NCBI GenBank assembly: GCA_002633005.1
Contig: NMRA01000659.1
Coordinates: forward strand, 1 to 64,000
Direction of reading: 5' to 3'
From: Phoronis australis
Taxonomy: Eukaryota > Animalia > Phoronida
DNA: 64,000 bases
The notes below the pieces were generated by a model. That model was given only the letters and a program-made list of their open reading frames with translations, did not search any database and was not told the DNA's origin. A program made the position numbers and the translations under genes. Positions 63,101 through 64,000 of this stretch are shown piece by piece. The stretch's first letter is position 1. The number at the start of each line of letters is the position of its first letter.

Positions 63101-64000
63101 CAACAGGTACAGGTCAGTCTAGCATCCACTCACAAACGTCACAAGGCTGAGATGACCAAACTAACCGAACGGAGTCGCGGTCTTGAGAAGGAAGTTGCTT
63201 CGCAGAGACAGCGGTGTCAGGCATTGGAAGCTGAGGTGGCCCGGCGTGAGGACGTGATTGGCCGATGTGAGCAAGACCTGCGTACCAACAGGGACGAGAT
63301 CAACGCAAAAGTTGATGAGGTATGCCTATATGAGGAAGATAATAGTTGTTATAGCTTTGTTAAGGTTATGCAGGACTTTAGAAAAATGCCAGGCAGATAT
63401 GACAACATGCTTTACTTGCACAGTTTTCAGGTGATATTTAGATTTAATTGTCTTTTTTTTGTCTTTGATATACCTCTCCAGGCTGCAGTAATCTTATTTC
63501 TGTTTTATTCCAGATTGAAAACTTGGAAACCGTTATCCGTGATGCCAAAGTGGAAGTTTCAGATTTACAGAAGTTGCTACGACAGTCTGAGAACTTGGTG
63601 AGATAGCTTAACTTACTAGGTCTTTGTTAAAAACTTGAGTTATCCACTGCTTAAGTTAATAGTTAAATCATTGTTAAATCTGTTGTTTTTCAACCAAGTA
63701 CTACCAATCTGTTCTCTTCATTCTTGGGAAATTAATGCCCAAACCTACTTTCACATGATTTTCGTTTACAATAAGGGTGCCTTCTTGTTAGACTTTATGC
63801 ACTAAATTTGTACCTATTTGTATTTACTGCATTCACGTCTGGAATAGTCTGAGAAAACTATATGCTTGATGATCTTATCATTACAAAAAATTAGTGTATT
63901 TTAGAACAGTAAAAGTTCTGCTTTTATCATTCTAGTGTGGCCAGCTGCAGGCGGAGTTAGAGCGAGTCCGTTCAGATCTGTCTGAAGCAAGGTCACAGTA
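26934..64000 (+). CDS. Multi-exon gene B: very long coiled-coil protein, provisionally PMFBP1/CCDC18-like; 3' end outside window
   Basis: At least 36 GT-AG exons in one frame (>1600 aa), heptad-patterned E/Q/K/L-rich sequence. Segment YQDSHAH...KVELATQKEQKNSTVKEVNRLEQSL resembles, from memory, human PMFBP1 ([24 protein letters not shown]); not checked by search. The gene model is more certain than the family name. Confidence 0.88.
29361..29510 (+). CDS. Gene B exon (150 nt, MRIRIMQSYIEDMSDQNE...SSSTQ)
   Basis: ctcttcag / CAG|gtagg, phase 0-0. Confidence 0.92.
29625..29848. repeat. 22-bp minisatellite, 10 near-perfect copies
   Basis: (atcagactgctgtagcagactt)x10 with two point variants. Confidence 0.97.
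32334..32369 (+). promoter_or_regulatory. Candidate internal promoter: forkhead site plus E2F/CDE-CHR
   Basis: GTAAACA 32334-32340; GCGG-GAAA-TTTGAA 32356-32369, canonical 4-nt CDE-CHR spacing; also E2F TTTCCCGC on the minus strand. Confidence 0.5.
32565..32630 (+). CDS. Gene B putative alternative first coding exon (MSRRGSLSTPKKVTWKEPIVQK)
   Basis: Acceptor at 32524, atcATG, AAG|gtaact phase-0 donor in frame with exon 33632. Confidence 0.6.
33632..33715 (+). CDS. Gene B exon (84 nt, EYMNQARSFEQ...ERDLQ)
   Basis: ttatttag / CAG|gtacag, phase 0-0. Confidence 0.9.
34053..34255 (+). CDS. Gene B exon (203 nt; includes non-coiled motif ARTTGRWNIEDLTFRDITFEQVFG)
   Basis: atttcag / gtacgt, phase 0->2. 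Confidence 0.9.
34411..34796. mobile_element. MITE family 2 (termini like family 1, different interior)
   Basis: cggtaaaaattctccaattttgggac ... gtcccaaactggagaatttttactgta; homologous copy at 56703-57057, fragment at 40877. Confidence 0.78.
34880..35015 (+). CDS. Gene B exon (136 nt, RSSEEILEEH...VSSMDQ)
   Basis: ttgtacag / CAG|gtaggt, phase 2->0. Confidence 0.88.
35335..35502 (+). CDS. Gene B exon (168 nt)
   Basis: ttgtgcag / CAG|gtgagg, phase 0-0. Confidence 0.92.
35529..35930. repeat. Degenerate G-rich tandem repeat (~45-50 bp)
   Basis: Recurring ggg.gtggttaga...tttga..ggcagctgaaggca. Confidence 0.7.
36436..36582 (+). CDS. Gene B exon (147 nt)
   Basis: ttttacag / GAG|gtaagt. Confidence 0.92.
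37954..38118 (+). CDS. Gene B putative alternative first coding exon (MDSVVSQISICEWGYSGDEELDD...DIKDTRKS)
   Basis: Strong Kozak gcaccATGG, 55 open codons, phase-0 gtgagt donor in frame with exon 38848. Confidence 0.55.
38848..38931 (+). CDS. Gene B exon (84 nt)
   Basis: gtttcag / gtaagt. Confidence 0.9.
39536..39619 (+). CDS. Gene B exon (84 nt)
   Basis: cccaaaag / GAG|gtagg. Confidence 0.88.
40229..40387 (+). CDS. Gene B exon (159 nt)
   Basis: ttacaaag / gtgagt. Confidence 0.88.
40711..40773 (+). CDS. Gene B exon (63 nt)
   Basis: attgtag / GAG|gtaac. Confidence 0.85.
40842..41065. mobile_element. TIR-bounded element containing a MITE family 2 end
   Basis: taaccaagagattgcata ... tatgcaatcttttggtta; internal ggtaaaaattcttcaatttggc at ~40880. 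Confidence 0.55.
42757..42840 (+). CDS. Gene B exon (84 nt)
   Basis: cattgcag / GAG|gtgtgt. Confidence 0.88.
43599..43682 (+). CDS. Gene B exon (84 nt)
   Basis: ctcaacag / CAG|gtactg. Confidence 0.85.
44067..44275. repeat. Degenerate ~65-73-bp tandem repeat, 3 copies
   Basis: agtaaaggttag...ttaaactcttgta...taacactgtcacac.ctac. Confidence 0.7.
44693..44856 (+). CDS. Gene B putative alternative-module exon a (LFKRNAMLLNVLTSLTF...IHLSFVIRS)
   Basis: tttgctacag acceptor, open frame, phase 0->2, gtaagt donor; in-frame gccATG at 44711. Confidence 0.45.
45837..45918 (+). CDS. Gene B putative alternative-module exon b (VSNGTLTQTDTLARTQCSAFTPNYNKQ)
   Basis: Strong ttcctctgcag acceptor, open only as phase 2->0, gtaacc donor. 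Confidence 0.45.
46920..46988 (+). CDS. Gene B exon c (69 nt, SSATLLDQELLFLRARRSHVKSQ), probably alternative
   Basis: gtgtgcag / CAG|gtaggc, phase 0-0. Confidence 0.65.
48268..48342 (+). CDS. Gene B exon (75 nt)
   Basis: tctttag / GAG|gtttg. Confidence 0.85.
48711..48857 (+). CDS. Gene B exon (147 nt)
   Basis: cccaacag / AAG|gtgaga. Confidence 0.9.
50334..50417 (+). CDS. Gene B exon (84 nt)
   Basis: ttttacag / GAG|gtaggt. Confidence 0.9.
50391..50558 (+). repeat. Triplication of an exon 3' end into the intron
   Basis: agtagata.ctggc.cagaaca..gag at 50391, 50451 and ~50505. Confidence 0.85.
50890..51048 (+). CDS. Gene B exon (159 nt)
   Basis: tacatag / gtaagg. Confidence 0.9.
51696..51842 (+). 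CDS. Gene B exon (147 nt)
   Basis: tttttcag / GAG|gtgaat. Confidence 0.9.
52370..52390 (+). CDS. Gene B putative 21-nt micro-exon (VSTLQNE, one heptad)
   Basis: gccttaag / GAG|gttaat; alternative in-frame donors in the downstream repeat. Confidence 0.5.
52409..52525 (+). repeat. 30-bp minisatellite, 4 identical copies (last truncated), each containing GTGAGT
   Basis: acacgtctgctatccattgtgagtatgcgc x3.9. Confidence 0.97.
52677..52835 (+). CDS. Gene B exon (159 nt)
   Basis: cttgtag / GAG|gtaatt. Confidence 0.92.
53113..53196 (+). CDS. Gene B exon (84 nt)
   Basis: tttgtag / GAG|gtagg. Confidence 0.92.
53770..53832 (+). CDS. Gene B exon (63 nt)
   Basis: atttcag / gtaagc. Confidence 0.88.
54430..54597 (+). 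CDS. Gene B exon (168 nt)
   Basis: cacctaag / gtacaa. Confidence 0.88.
55275..55442 (+). CDS. Gene B exon (168 nt)
   Basis: ttcaacag / GAG|gtaac. Confidence 0.92.
56072..56167 (+). CDS. Gene B exon (96 nt)
   Basis: atttgcag / GAG|gtaatt. Confidence 0.9.
56174..56499. repeat. ~83-bp tandem repeat, 4 copies, starting just after a splice donor
   Basis: tacagccgctgttttgatgcagtattcatcaggtcctctgggttcattg...tgtgtattgtcagcacat. Confidence 0.92.
56703..57057. mobile_element. MITE family 2 copy
   Basis: Colinear with 34411-34796 (cagagtctgaa, ttggtacaag.tctgaccttg, cccaaactgga.aattttta). Confidence 0.75.
57248..57331 (+). CDS. Gene B exon (84 nt)
   Basis: ttttgcag / GAG|gtacgg. Confidence 0.9.
57746..57997 (+). 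CDS. Gene B exon (252 nt, ...ELELSISQEKHRTCQQEVANRD...)
   Basis: ttgttag / GAG|gtgtgg. Confidence 0.93.
58400..58504 (+). CDS. Gene B exon (105 nt)
   Basis: ttgctcag / CAG|gtaact. Confidence 0.9.
59164..59319 (+). CDS. Gene B exon (156 nt)
   Basis: gttcccag / CAG|gtggct; donor less certain. Confidence 0.82.
59429..59490. repeat. Perfect 31-bp tandem duplication
   Basis: cttgtgcaagacttgaacccaaattgtgca occurs twice in tandem. Confidence 0.9.
59880..60029 (+). CDS. Gene B exon (150 nt)
   Basis: ctcactag / GAG|gtaaa. Confidence 0.9.
60701..60931 (+). CDS. Gene B exon (231 nt)
   Basis: ctgtgcag / gtgagt. Confidence 0.93.
61649..61879 (+). CDS. Gene B exon (231 nt)
   Basis: ctcattag / GAG|gtatgg. 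Confidence 0.93.
62313..62564 (+). CDS. Gene B exon (252 nt, ...YQDSHAHTNEEF...KVELATQKEQKNSTVKE)
   Basis: cgttcag / GAG|gtatgt. Confidence 0.93.
62586..62760. repeat. Dispersed repeat family 3 copy
   Basis: Colinear with 7201-7380. Confidence 0.65.
63077..63319 (+). CDS. Gene B exon (243 nt)
   Basis: cattcag / GAG|gtatgc. Confidence 0.93.
63514..63597 (+). CDS. Gene B exon (84 nt)
   Basis: ttattccag / gtgaga. Confidence 0.9.
63936..64000 (+). CDS. Gene B exon, truncated by window end (CGQLQAELERVRSDLSEARSQ...)
   Basis: cattctag acceptor, open heptad frame. Confidence 0.85.

Noticed and set aside
26934-64000. Calling gene B myosin, tropomyosin, SMC or golgin
   Set aside because: No motor, ATPase or GRIP domain seen in the window; similarity would be compositional. 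No gene symbol assigned without a search.
1-64000. tRNA, rRNA, snoRNA, or transposase/reverse transcriptase genes
   Set aside because: None recognisable by eye; tRNAscan-SE and Infernal would be needed to exclude small RNAs.

Overview
Intron-rich, AT-rich eukaryotic DNA, most likely from an invertebrate animal; the taxon cannot be fixed from the sequence. It is not prokaryotic, and most ORF-track entries are intronic noise or exon fragments. Manual GT-AG splice reconstruction gives two head-to-head genes sharing a roughly 0.65 kb promoter (~26284-26934). (1) A minus-strand gene with 15 phase-consistent coding exons (22956->1274, ~807 aa): a long low-complexity/acidic N-terminal region and four C-terminal EF-hands. 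(2) A plus-strand gene with at least 36 coding exons (26934->past 64000, >1600 aa in the window), almost entirely coiled coil, provisionally PMFBP1/CCDC18-like. Its exons are almost all phase 0 and sized in whole heptads (21 nt) or heptads plus 4 codons. It appears to have three internal non-coiled-coil alternative starts or modules. One is a 22-aa head with PKA, CDK and PP1-docking motifs behind its own E2F/CHR element. Introns carry several TA-flanked MITE families, many minisatellites near exon junctions (one repeats an in-frame splice donor) and one assembly gap. All exon models are predictions without transcript evidence.
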